Assembly: GCA_030141605.1 (NCBI GenBank)
Contig: JAQGDQ010000064.1
Location: 362,116 to 426,115, forward strand
Reading direction: 5' to 3'
Length of the DNA: 64,000 nucleotides
From: Tubiluchus corallicola
Taxonomy: Eukaryota; Animalia; Priapulida
In this document: positions 39,256-52,191 of the stretch, one piece after another
Layout: each line of letters starts with the position of its first letter
How positions within the stretch are numbered: position 1 is the first letter of the stretch
The notes under the pieces: generated by a model
Database searches by the model: none
Told to the model about the DNA's origin: nothing
What the model saw: only the letters and a program-made list of their open reading frames with translations
Made by a program: the position numbers and the translations under genes

Positions 39256-41050
39256 GATGGAACAGCTTCTTCAGAACTTAACAGTAGATAAAACAGCAAG
39301 CTGAAAAAACGCAATTAGTTTAACCAACTGGAACTGCATAATTATCAACAGTTTTGCAAACTTCTCAGTGGACGTCTGATAGATTTCAGTTTATTGCTTT
39401 ACTACAAAAAGTATGCCAAAAAGTTACGTAGTGAGCAAAATTTTTCCTCTGTAGAACTATTGGTTCCGTTGTAATTGACTCGTGCACTAAATTTATGTAA
39501 ATAATAACACACTTACACGTGCATAGCAAACAGCAAGTGCTAATGCTCAATAATGTTCTTTCTCAATTTTAAAAAAATCACATTACAGAATTATTGCCTA
39601 ATTCTTCAAAAGTGTATAGAAAAAGAAAAAAATTTTTGCAATGCCATAAGTAGCATAAAATGTCCTTCTCTCTATTTGTTAACAAACCCTCCCAGCACTG
39701 ATAAGTGTGTCATGCAGAATTTCCACATAGAATGCACAATTTTGCTGATTTGTTAACACATATATAAAGGTCAAAGATAAGTAAGCACTGTTACAATACA
39801 TGTACTGTAATTACTATGATAATATTACTCAGGATGTGCCAAGTGCAAGTGTTAAGGAACAACAAAAATTTGGTGACCCTCATGGCATCTATTTTGATAC
39901 ACAATGTGTTCTAATATAATAATAAAAAAATATATTATTTCACAATTACAGGATGATAAACTTAACAGCTTGTAATGCGATCTAAATCCCGCACAGGTGA
40001 TTAGCAATAAATATTAATATTATGAATTGTCACACGTTTAATACAAAAAAATGTGTAAACGTGTGTTATGTTATTAAGAAAACATCAACACACAAATCTC
40101 ATTTATTACGAAGACGTTCCATCTTCTTTGTTAAACAACAGTTAAAATCATCACCCAACTTGGAAGTACAGCACAATAAACTGATGTAAAACAAACTAAG
40201 GTGACAGCAGCACATGCTGTGCTAACTCAAAGAAACTATTTGCAGAAATACTATGAACTTTCACATTTAACTGGCACTATTACAACAATCAGAAATTCTA
40301 TCTGAACGGTACAGCTAGTGGTAACAAAAATAGACTGCACATACAGAATTCTTAACCTTGACAATGAACACAGCTTAGTAAGAATAATACCCTAAAGGCA
40401 CAATTCTGAGAAAAATGAGCAACAAATGTTAAAATGACCATTGAGTTTATCATAGCACAACTTAGTAACATAATTTAACTAACAAATTATCCGTAAAAAA
40501 TGTCTATAATATATAGTGGATACATCGATGTACATTAAGGTATTCACACATCCAACCATTACATAAATATATTTGTGTTTCTGTATGCCAAATTAATAAA
40601 AACATAATCTTTTCTTAATTTTAAATCATTTTAAAACCATTTTTCTATAAGTGTTTGAGTCTTGCTAGATCACATGTGGCACATGAGTTAATCAGTAGCT
40701 TAAGCAAAAGCCTACTTTCAGGTTGAGTTAGCCAGCTACACTACATCTGAATGTCAAGGATAAATAAAGCCCCAGGATAAAACACACCCTTGCATCCACT
40801 AATACACGTGAATCAAAATCTAACTAGAAGCAGGGAAGTGATAATAACAATACAGACAATTACCAGCATTCCTCAACAACGAAAGGTTTGGAATGATGAA
40901 TTAGGATCGGGCGCGGTTGCCATGGTCACCAAGCAGAGTAAACATTTACTTGCTGTATGTAATCAGCCTTTAATATGCCGCCGTATCAGCCTTTCCGCAG
41001 AATCATGCATCAGGTAGCAGATTTTACAATACTTTTATAATGCTTGTCAG

Positions 41051-41054
<4 letters not shown>

Positions 41055-41090
<36 letters not shown>
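41055..41090. repeat. (AT)n microsatellite
   Basis: Run of about 18 AT units. Confidence 0.95.
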
Positions 41091-41093
<3 letters not shown>

Positions 41094-41379
41094 TAAGTGA
41101 AAAACAGAAATCCACTTCTAACATACTCAGAAAATTCCCAAAGATTCTAAATGTCAGATTAGGAATTATAATCTGCCTTACAAAAATGGCTTGAAATTAA
41201 TGCTACTTCTGTTCGTTTTTGTAGATATCAATTCAAAACAACTGACTTACACTTAAATACTATTTAGTGACAAATAACACATTCACCAATTTACTGTCTC
41301 AGTCGAAAACAAAATTAGCAAAAGTTATGGCTTTTGCAAATTATTTAACACATGCGTCACTTTTGCACATCAAGTGTAG

Positions 41380-42515
41380 GATAGCGGTAGTCCTCTTGAC
41401 TTAGTATACATAGACTTAGCAAAAGCATGTGACAAAGTCCCACATAGAAGATTGGTATTTAAACTTGAGGCATATGGCATTCAAGGACAACTGCTTAACT
41501 GGATAAATGCATGGCTAAGAGACAGATTCCAATACGTCAAAGTTGAGGTTTATGCCTCGTCAACTGTCCCAGTTCTATCAGGAATGCCTCAAGGAAGTAC
41601 CCTCGGGCCCTATTATTTCTCATCCTCTTAGATGATAATGTAGTTAGTCGTCTACTCAAATTTGCTGACGATACCAAATTAGCATATCCAGTATGTTCTT
41701 CTGTGCAAGTGAGACAGCTTCACGAAGATTTGTGCCAAATCTGGGCATGGGCTGATAAATGGCAGATGGAGTTTAACACACTCGACGGTAAATGCAAGGC
41801 GATGCATGTGGGTAGTTAGATCAATCAAGCCACATACAGCTTTGGTGATGTTGGTTTGCCTGAAGTGACTGAGGAGGTGGACCTTTGATTGACAGTAGAC
41901 AGCAAACAAAATTTTTGCAGCCATATCTCTAAGAAAATTATTAAGAGTAACAGAAGCCTTGGATTAATTAGTAGGACCATAACTTCCAGAAAAGCTGAGA
42001 TAATTCTCCCACTATACAACACTCTTGTTCGTCCTCATCTCGAATATATCAGTCAGGTATTGGACACTTACAATATCTAGGACATCCCAGTGCTCTCGAA
42101 CAGGTACAAGCGCAAGCTGTGGACATAATCATAGGTCTTAAAGGACTCACATACTCTCAAAAACTGCAAAAACTAGACCTGTATTGACTTTCTGCAAGAA
42201 GACATAAGGGGAGACTTATGACTTATGGAAATGTTCAAGATTCATTAAGAGATTTACTGACATCAATGCATACCAGTGTTTTACACAGAATAGAAGCATT
42301 ACACATGGCCATAGTGTTAAATTGTTCAAGCATAGGGTCAATACTGAAAGGTATCGGCATAGGTTTCAAAAGCTGAAATGGAATGTGAAATGTGGAACTC
42401 ATTACCGGAATCATTAGTGAGTGCAAATAATGTAAATAGTTTTAACCTTAAACTTGATGCAGAACTCAGTAAGAGAAACCTATTTTCGTACCAGTTTGGT
42501 ATATTAGAAAGATAG
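41380..42515 (+). mobile_element. 5'-truncated decayed CR1-clade LINE (reverse transcriptase pseudogene)
   Basis: Translates with frameshifts to DLVYIDLAKACDKVPHRRL..KLEAYGI.G.LLNWI.AWL, SGMPQGSTLGPLLF, KFADDTKL, WADKWQMEFN, LPLYNTLVRPHLEY, WNSLPESLV. Confidence 0.92.
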
Positions 42516-43403
42516 TAAACCAAAAACGAATAATTGGACAAGGTTGTATTTTGGATAGCTACTCAGTGGATGAGAGATTGATGCAAGAGACGGAAATCAG
42601 AGTTTGCTCACCACGAAAGTGGGTTACGAAGGTGAGTTAAGTTATAGACCTTGAATTATTTAAATTGATGCATAAATTCAACAATACTTCTCTGCACAAC
42701 ATTAGGTCATAAAACAGCAAACAATTCAGACATCAAAAACATTACAACACAGGCACTAAACTACAAAAGATTCAAGTAAGCAAATATGGTGCGGAACAGC
42801 ATGATCAAAAATCAGCTAAGCCCTCTACAAATTCTTTGCTTTTTTCATGTTTTTCTAACGTTTTTCTGTTATTCGATTGTTTTATTTTTTCAAGAAACTA
42901 TCTATTCAAATTTTTGCAAGGAATGGTCTGAACATCTCGAATCATGATAAATAGTCATTTTTGCATCATTTTTCTCAAAAGACTGTCATAAAACAATTTT
43001 ATTTATGTAGTAAAATTAAAAGAAATTTAAGGTAACTTCACTTTTGTAAAATTTAAATTATCAAAATTGTACAGTGCCAAATATTTGATAATTCCATTTG
43101 GTCAAGGTTTAATAAAATTTTCTCTTTTCTTTCCATATTAGAACTAACTTAAAATCTTTAACAAAACAAAACCAGCCTTCTAAGACTAATTATAAGATTA
43201 TTACATCTGATAAAAACCATGAGATCAACTCTTTTATTTTCTCTTGGTTTAAGTACCTAAGTACGAGCACTTATGTTTAGAAATATCCACGGCACCTACG
43301 AAAAACTACCCTGAAATTTTTGGAGACTGTTAGCACTCTTTTAAAATTTTCTTTCTTATAGATTTAATGACATAAGGCTCATAAGCACTGGATAACTATG
43401 AAG

Positions 43404-43562
43404 ACCTTGTGTAACCCTGATGTTTTAACATTGCATATATGCAGTAACCTTGTGAGACACTGATGTATTAACACTGCATATATACAATGACCTTGTGTGG
43501 CCCTGATGCATTAACACTATATACATAAGTCACCTGATCTAATGTGACCCGATGTATTAAAC
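43404..43562. repeat. Degenerate minisatellite, about 4 units of 42-46 bp
   Basis: Recurring accttgtg...ctgatgtattaacactgcatata. Confidence 0.75.
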
Positions 43563-44387
43563 AATAAACATTGCATAAATTTGTTAGTATTGTCATCTAC
43601 CTACTATGTCATAAAACTTGGAAATGCAATATGAAACTGTTCGCCTCTGACAGCATATTCTACATCAAAAAGTAATACATAGTCCAGTGATTCTGAAATT
43701 TTTAGTTTCTTGTACTTTGGTAGAGTCTGATACCAGTAGGTAAGGATGCACGCTAAAATCACAACTGAAAATTGATGAATAGCCAGGCCGTAATAAAGGC
43801 AAAGTGGAACATGTAAACAATTTCCATTCATTTAGTTAAATTATTGGAATAATATTAAATTTACTGTACTAGTTTACCAATTCCTAGTTTAATTACCGAA
43901 AGTGTTTGCCCAGTTTTAATGCAAATACTGTAGATTACATTGTAATTATAACAACAATATATTATTAGAGTAGTATTGTACAAGACTGTAAGTATGTAGT
44001 AGGCATGTATACGTAATTATTTTCGTCTGTAGCAAGACCACGAAATGTTGATCACTGACCAACATAACCAAGCACAACTGAAACAATATCGTGGAATCAG
44101 TATGTGAGTAGCAAGGCGACTGATTGCAAACGGTACGAGGTGTCCAATAGGAGAACACGCCTCATTCTGCTACCAATTTTGGCAGCATCCTGGGAAAATG
44201 CCGCAAAGAAAAGCCAAAAATATGAATGAAAGAAAAACTACATTTTATTTGTAAAGTTATATTGTTTGTTTATTAAGTCATGTATTAATTAGGAATTTTA
44301 CTTTTTTGCTTTCTGAACACTGAATTATTACTCATCTGACAAGCGACTTTTAAAATCTCTAGCGACAAGGAAGTTTATAGGCACTTG

Positions 44388-45028
44388 CAGGGCCGGAACT
44401 AGATGTGGCAAGCAGGGGGCACAAAAATTTTCTGGGAGGGCGAGGTACCCGAAGTGGTTAAATAATGGTTAAGCCAATTTTTAACCCCTTTTATACTGCA
44501 TGCAGGCCTATAATTAGCATGTGTGTAGGACGGCGTAGCAGACAGAGCAATAATGAGAAAATTAACTCTCAGTTAACCTAGCGTTATTAATGTGCCTCTA
44601 ACTAAATTGTTATTTACAGATTGTTATCACACACAGGTTTTAAGAAAATAATACGCAGGAAATAATGTCAAAATGAAATGTGGAACGATACTTCCTTGGA
44701 CAAAAAAAGTCTAAAGTTTTCAAAAAGTCTCAAATTTCAGCATGGTACCGCTGCTACACCAGCATCCTATAGCTGTGCACACAGATCTTTTGGCCTGTGT
44801 GTAGAGCCTGTGACTGTGTGTGGTCCCTGTAGGCCTACACTGTTATACGCACCTCTATGCACACTGATTTTTGTCAGCACGTACATTGAAACCACCAAAC
44901 ATTTTTTTACCTAATTCTAATTCATATTGAAAATGATTACATGCGAACTGCAATTTTCACTGCAAAAAAAAATTATTTTTCCGATTTTGCAGGGGGCGCC
45001 CCCTCGCTCCCTCCTAGTTCCGCCCCTG
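44388..45028. mobile_element. hAT non-autonomous element (MITE)
   Basis: Perfect 8-bp TSD ggcacttg (44380-87, 45029-36); 15-bp TIR cagggccggaactag / ctagttccgcccctg (1 mismatch). Confidence 0.9.
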
Positions 45029-46592
45029 GGCACTTGTAAGTTCAAAACAGTGGGAGCAGCTATTTTACAGTGCCCAAGAAATGTTGCAAGAATATGCTCT
45101 TTTGCACAACTTGTAAAAGCTTGTCATGCTCTCCAAGGTTGGAAAAACATGCTGCACCAATGCCTATGCCTTACAAATGTGCCATGCCCATATATATCCA
45201 ATTTTTCATGCATGTTACTATAAAATTGTTAATTGAAGTGTAAAATTACCCATAAATCTTTGTCACAAATAGAATTCAACACAAACTTATGCACTGTTTA
45301 CTGGTCTTGATGCTCTCCAAGACTTAATGAGAACAAAATCCAATTCAGTTGCTGAGTTCACAACAGAATATCATAGATATATTATTAATATTAACAGTTA
45401 TGTTAATTTTGAACAGATATTGTGGCGAAACTAGTATGGCTGTCTGTCGTTTCAAAAATTGAAAATTCCTTCTTTTTTAAGTGAAATAAGCAATTTGTTT
45501 GTCTTTATATTCAATGTCTTTAGTGATGCAGCTGTCATGCAAGCAGGCTTAACATTGTGCTTACATCAACTTTTTGATACCATACCCAAGCCAACAAAAA
45601 TTTTCAAATATATACCAAATTTACCAATACAAATTCCAGCCTGGTTGCTCTCTAAAGCCTAGGTATAATGGTTTAATTAACACATTAAACTCTTCTCCCC
45701 CAATGCATTCAGGACAATGCACAGCCAATTCACCTGGAGCAATATCATCGAGCAGACTTTATTGCTCAAATACAAACCGCATTCTCCACCAACTCTTGAA
45801 TTCCATCTCTGCCATTACACGTTTCATGCAAGAACTGGTCTCCCGAGTCGTTTCTTACCGCAGTACAAAATTACCAGTACAACAAGACTACATCTAAGCC
45901 TAAAAATGTTAATTACAATATAAAAATGAAATTACATCACGTGTTATACCTGTAAAGAATTGATGGTGAAGGAAAAAAGTTCAAATTTCAACCACATGTA
46001 ATCAGTGACTAAAACTTTTAAAAACTCTTTATTCGCCACTCAATAGATCTTATGAAAATCAAAGTTTATTTACAGAACAACGTGCCCAAAATACCCCTGC
46101 AAAGCCAAACCTCAAAACTTGTGTCAAGCATATACCGCCACAAACAAAACAAAAGCAACAAGCTTGATCAGGTGAAGGCGGTCGATTTCTCACACGTGGT
46201 GATTAACTGGTTTTATTTGAATGCCGCTCGCTAAACAATTAACTAATAACAAAAGCGACGTTCGTCGAAGGTAGCTCTTGCTGCGGCTGAGATATTGCAT
46301 TATTTACCAGACAGGTACCGGGACTGACCATCATGTGCATTTAACGAAAAACTTCCAAGTCGACGGACGATATTTGCTTTTTCCTTCGCGCCTTTTTAAT
46401 TCATGTACTTTGTTTCATGTTTTTATATTGTTTGCGACGCTGATGCCACATTTTTCAATGCCTGTTTCTCTTAGTCGGTTTCCTTTAAACAGTTTTTGGT
46501 TTATATTTCAACTAGTGGCTCAAACATTCACTGCATCCAGGGGCGTCGTGCACCAAAAAAAATTAGGGGGGCCCGACTGTATATAATGGCGG

Positions 46593-47332
46593 TGTTGGGA
46601 GCCGAGTGGACCACTGCGCCAAGTAGACCACTTGATGCGCTAAAAGTAGTGTCCTACATGGGCAGCCCACGTAGGACACTAGCGATTTTTGTCGAGAATC
46701 GGTAATTTTGTCAAATTTTTGAAAATTCTGTGAAAGTTTCTTCATTTTATTATTTGCAGAAATAATTGCAAATTTAAAAATAAGACAGATGCTGCTAAGC
46801 CTTCACAACACCAAAAAGTAATTTTTAACATTTAAGAAAAGCAAGGATAATTAGTTTTAATATTATCAGTAGTATTGTAACATGTAGGGCACTGTCCTAC
46901 ATGGCTCGCTAGCCCATGTAGGACACAGATTGCTAGAACGCTTACTTATAAGAAAACAATTATTTGCCCAAGAGGTAGTGAAACGGATCACCTGTTTGTG
47001 AAGTGAGACAAAATAAAAAATGATATACTTTAAACAAATTTTGTATTCGCAAAAAAGTGGTTTTTTTCACTTCAACAACATTAATATCGAAACCAAATTT
47101 AATATTGTCCGTTCTACCAGCTCAGAATAAAATTCTTTTATTTTATTAGATGTATAATAAATTATTCAACGTGTACTAACGTTTTTAATTATTATTATTA
47201 CATAAACAAGCACAACGGACGGTGTCAGTACACTTAACGACTCAATTCGCGACCTGTCTCTAGTGTCCTACTTGGGCAGCCCAAGTAGACCAATTGGTCT
47301 ACTTGGCGCAGTGGTCCACTCGGCTCCCAACA
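46593..47332. mobile_element. Ginger-like non-autonomous DNA transposon nested in the hAT end
   Basis: TGT...ACA termini, perfect 38-bp TIR tgttgggagccgagtggaccactgcgccaagtagacca, 4-bp TSD gcgg (46589-92, 47333-36). Confidence 0.8.
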
Positions 47333-48095
47333 GCGGAACCTAACTGTTTAAAAAACGTATACTTTTGAATTCCCACACAGTATTTTGCGTGCAAGAAAAA
47401 CGATTTATTTATTCCCAACTGGCATTTAACTTAAAGCTATAGCAACAGAAACTTAATTAAAATTAATTTAAAATTAAAATTTAATTAAGTACTTATTAGC
47501 TGTCAGGAATCCAAAGATTCGACGAAAAGACGACTACCAAAACATATGTACCTTTAATTTAATATTTTTAATAATTACTAAACATTTTATTCCGAGGCAA
47601 GATGAAGATGTTGAACAAAAACAAACGTTATTTTTAAATGATTCAGCAGCACAAGTCAAAGCCAACAACATTACATGAATACGTTACAGGATGACTATAG
47701 AGTATAGTAGAAAAGCAATGACAGGTATTACACCAAGATAAAGCAAAGAGGTTAAAGCGTAAAAAGCGATATACAGCGACACAATTTTTATATTCTTGTC
47801 TATTTTCTCACCTATAATATGTGTCTGCAACATGCAGACAGTGTTTGACTGATCCAGTTTTGAACCCTGGACCTCGTTAATCGACTCACTTTGAATGAGA
47901 GTAAATACCGCACTTTAATGTATATCGGGATACAGCTATCAAATGCAAGCTCATTAGATTGGGTTGTTACTTGCACCCGATATTTGCAACGCATGACCCA
48001 CGCCGATACTAGCCAGAGCTCGGGTGGGCATTTAGTAGGATATGTCTGTACGTGTTTCTGCTGTTACACATGAATTAATGCACTAAAAATTTGTA

Positions 48096-49876
48096 CTAAC
48101 GACGCAGAACATCACTCCAGAAGAGTTCAACCACAGACTTCAAGTCCATATTCTTTGTTTTCTCAGCCTCAACTGCAAGGATCATCAGGTCACTCAGTCG
48201 TGACTGACTCATTGTACTGCGGAGAGCATTCTTGACAAATTTAAGAGCAGAAAAGGATCTCTCACAAGAGCAAGATGTAACGGGCAGAGTCAGAATCAAC
48301 TGGTATGCGATGGAGATCATTGGGTAAAGTTTATCCAGTCCAGAAGAAGTCATATAACAGTTTGTGTTGACATGTTCAGGGACAGAGTCTGCAGTGACAG
48401 CATGCGTGAACAAGCGGTACTCCAACTCGAGAGTTTCTTCAGTACACCAGTCAGATTGTCCTTAAGAGCCTTGCGAGATGACCACCAAGTTGCTGAAAGC
48501 GAGTGTAGAGTCTTGGATGCTTTGTTGTGTTCATTCGATTCGAGCTGTAGGATCTCATCTCGGATTTTCGCAAATGCTGCATGTAATTTGTGGATCTTTC
48601 GACCAAATTGTAGAGGGATTTAACTACACCAAAGAAGTTTTGCACGATGATGTTTCATGAATGCATGTCCACAATGACAAGATTAAGTCTGTGTGTGAAA
48701 CAGTGAACGAAGAATGCAGATTTGAAAATGTTCCGGACTCGAGTCTGTACCCCAGAGTAAATACCTGACATCGATGAGCAGCCATCGTATCCTTGTCCTC
48801 GGATATTTGTCATCTCGAGCCCATGTGCTTCAAGAACCTTCTGTAGATCATTGAACAATCCTGCAGCAGTCATGTCCTCGGAATGGACGAGGTCTAAAAA
48901 AATCTTCGTGCACGCCTCCACTTTTATCGACATAACGGAGAATGACTGAGAGTTGATCTTGCTTGCTCGTGTCTGGTGTAGTGTCCAAGCAGACAGCGAA
49001 TTACTTGGCTGCCTTTACATCCTTGATAATTCCAGAACGGATCACATCAGCGCTGCACTTAATCAAATCGTTCTGAGAACTGGGAGATGTGTAGCTGGGG
49101 TATCCCTTTGGATTGGCACTTGACTTGGCGAGGTGTGTAGCCAGGTCAGGGTTCCATCGAGAGAGAAGATTTGTGATCTCCATGAACACTCCTTTATTGT
49201 CAGAATTATCAGACTCGTCATGACCGCGGCATGGTAATCGGAGTCTTGCTAGCGTGTTAGTAACATCCACAAGTATAGGGAGAATGTTGTGTCGTCTCTG
49301 CCGATCAGAGTCGCCCAACTCCAAAAGCCTCTACCTCTCTGCATCTAATACTGCATCGATGGGGGGTTTAGTCAAAAATGCTTGCCAAGACTGCATGCAG
49401 GCTTGATACTCCGCAGATTTAGAGTGTTTGTCGAATACTTTATTACTTTCCAAGGCTCGATGCCAATTTCTGAATCCTGTCTTTTGAAACGTCACGTCAT
49501 AAGTCGATGCACCAAACACACGACACGGGAAACAGAATGCAGCATCAATCTCCTTTACGTATTCCAACCAGGACCTATCGTTGAACCACTGACCCTGAAA
49601 TGATCTCGATTTTCCTCCCATTTTGGTCTTTGGGTATGCATCCACTACGTCCCGCAATGGCCCGCGACGGATGTACTCATCCTTCTGGATTCGTTCTGTT
49701 GGAATCAGAAGATTTGTGCAAGAGGACGTGTTGCCTTTAGGAGCTTCAGACTGGCTGGCCGACGTTACAGTAGATACAGACGTGCTGGATACGGGGATGA
49801 GTGTTGTCGCCGCAGAACCTGGGTCGGGAACACCGTTGGACTTGAAAAATGAAGTCAGATTGGCCTGCCTTGACAT
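48096..49876 (-). pseudogene. hAT transposase pseudogene
   Basis: TTF zinc finger (RSFQGQWF..WLEY..DAAFCFPC), RGHDES..NKGVF, catalytic D region LDTTPDTSKQDQLS, GQGYDG, VHCFTHRLNL, dimerization domain LPVTSCSCERSFS.LK..K..LRSTMSQ.RL; broken by stops (49331, 49001), frameshifts and an internal deletion. Confidence 0.92.
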
Positions 49877-50339
49877 CTTTTAAGAAATATAGAATCACGT
49901 GGAAATTCCTATTTTATAACTAAAAAATTATCAACATATTTCCTCGCATTTTCAATCAAAAATCTTGGGTTTTACAAAATCTACAGCTTCTGAAAGAAAA
50001 CATAGGTTTCCAATCTGTCTAAGATTTATTGCAGCATATTGTAGGCATGCACTCACCGACAATTGACCTGGCTTGACTGTTGATGACTAATTTTTTTCTA
50101 AGTGTAAGGAGACGCATCACAATTTAATCAGAGACAATTGGCTTTCTAATACTGCAAGTGCTTAGCAATATCATTGGCCCAGTGCAAGGGGCCAATGGCC
50201 AATTAAATAGGCATAGCCACGAGAGCAGAGGATAATCAATGCAACAATTAGACATTAGATTCAATCAATAATCATACCTACGTGTATATATAATCGCATA
50301 TCGTGCCTACAGTGGGAGATTTCACCGTTCCTCAAAATT

Positions 50340-50634
50340 TTACGCCTTATTGGTCTCATTACGAGCCGCTGACACCCTTAAAATTTTTGAAATTTTATAA
50401 AATTCTATGGTGAAAAAGCTTTCTCTGTCTGCGTTCCGTGTCTCTGGAATAACTTGCCTGTTAAACAACATCTTAAAACACATTTGTTTAAATTGTACTT
50501 TTTATGATGATTAATTTTTAATGTCTTTTATCTATTATGTTTAATGTGAATTTTAAATATATTTTATTGTTCAGCCTGCTGAGATTTTAAATGATATAGT
50601 GCACTATGTAAATAAATTTTACATTACATTACAT
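50340..50634 (+). mobile_element. 3' end relic of an L2-type LINE
   Basis: Encodes YGEKAFSVCVPCLWNNLP (L2 ORF2 C-terminal motif); ends aataaa...(ttaca)3. Confidence 0.7.
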
Positions 50635-50985
50635 GTAACAAGGCATAATGATTATTAGTATAAAGAAATTAGGATTAATTTAGACTGAATTAGTCAATAA
50701 TTTACATGGCGACTTACAAGCAAAACTGAAGGGGATAGTAACGGCAATGTTTACGACAAGGGAAGATTAATTTTTGAATAATATTAAATAAATATAACTA
50801 ACTATTGAGGAGGTTGAAAATATTGAGGAGATTAGAAAATAACTAATATTTGTAACGAGACATTATGAGTTTATTTATAGTAAGTAATTTTAGATATACA
50901 AACACACACACATGCACACACATTATAAGCTTCCATTAATTATTTTGACCGATTTTAAGTTGTGACAAGTTGCGACAGATAAAAG

Positions 50986-51020
<35 letters not shown>

Positions 51021-52191
51021 GTATAGTTACTGTTCAAACTTTTTTTTACCAAAATGCAGCACAGCAGATATTGTTATTATCATTAAAAATTTAATAATTT
51101 TAAAAGTCATCAATATAAATTGAAGAAATTGTAGCTTTGATAACACAGAAAAAAGGTAGAAAAGAATCATCTTCTGGTTTGTTTTGGCTTTGTCACTTAC
51201 CAGGCACTAGTTTTTCAGTCATTACACTTTTGTACAACTTAAAAACAAAACTGCACTTTTCTAATAAGCAGTTCAAGTGCCTACCATGCAATATTAAGAA
51301 TAAAAATAACATTGTTAACCATAAAGAGTCACAACATTGGTAACCGTATCTTAGTTCTAATGATAATTTGACTTATTATTACTTTTTTTCTAATTATTAT
51401 ATCTTGTATCTTGACAGTTTAACATTTTATTTAACACCCACATTCTCTGTTTTACAGCATATTTCACTGCGACAGTCGTAGCGAATACGAGGTAGCAACT
51501 GGTCAAGACTGCGTTTTTTGATATATAAATTAATGACTGCCAGAAAAGGGCCAAAAGGCCGAATAGTGAGTACTAAGCAACGAGTAGAGCAGCAGGTATT
51601 GAGAATGTTGACAGCTCTGTTGGGTTGATTCTGATTTTGTTGTTTTATACTATTTATATCAAACACTTTTGTTTTTAGGTGAGAGTGGTGAGAAAAATTC
51701 TCAAAACCCAGTAGAAAAATTGTTGAGAGACCGTCAATTCTTACTTAAAAAGTTGTAAGAGTGCTAGCATATAAAAATGCTTTCAACGCACTCCGCTCAG
51801 TGCTCACTGTACAGATATGTTTTTTCTTTTAAATGAGTCGAACTTAACAGCATTTACAATTTCTGTGGGAAGGGCATGCCACAGATTGATTTCTGAACTA
51901 AACCATTAGATTTGTATAATATTAATACTAATAGTAATAGATTTGATGGTAGTTAATCCAGCAAAAAACTAGCCTCTGGCTTGTCTTCAGCACCACTTCC
52001 TGGACACATAATATAAAGCAAAATGTACCATCTGCCATTCGTTTTAAGCTGCATATATGTATATGTGTAAACGTCTTATAGACCTGTAGTCAAAGTTGCA
52101 TCTGTAACTATTTATGCAGATATGCGTGGGAAATTTCAAGGTTGTAAGGACTTGAGTGTAGCCACAAGCTAAACAAACCGAATTGTAAGTC

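Larger units (their letters stand above)
46538..50330 (-). mobile_element. Defective hAT transposon (TTF-zinc finger/DUF4371, ZMYM1-like type); right boundary uncertain
   Basis: Terminus caggggcgtcgtgc at 46538; transposase pseudogene at 48096-49876; I could not find the matching opposite TIR. Confidence 0.7.

Noticed and set aside
43404-43562. Regularly spaced repeats that could be mistaken for a CRISPR array
   Set aside because: The units are contiguous and degenerate with no unique spacers, there are no cas genes, and the context is eukaryotic.
45574-45923. Overlapping 107-aa and 68-aa ORFs, possibly a LINE relic or small gene
   Set aside because: No convincing motif or splice context.
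48096-49876. Domesticated ZMYM1/THAP12-like host gene
   Set aside because: Stops, frameshifts, an internal deletion and a nearby TE terminus indicate a dead transposase.
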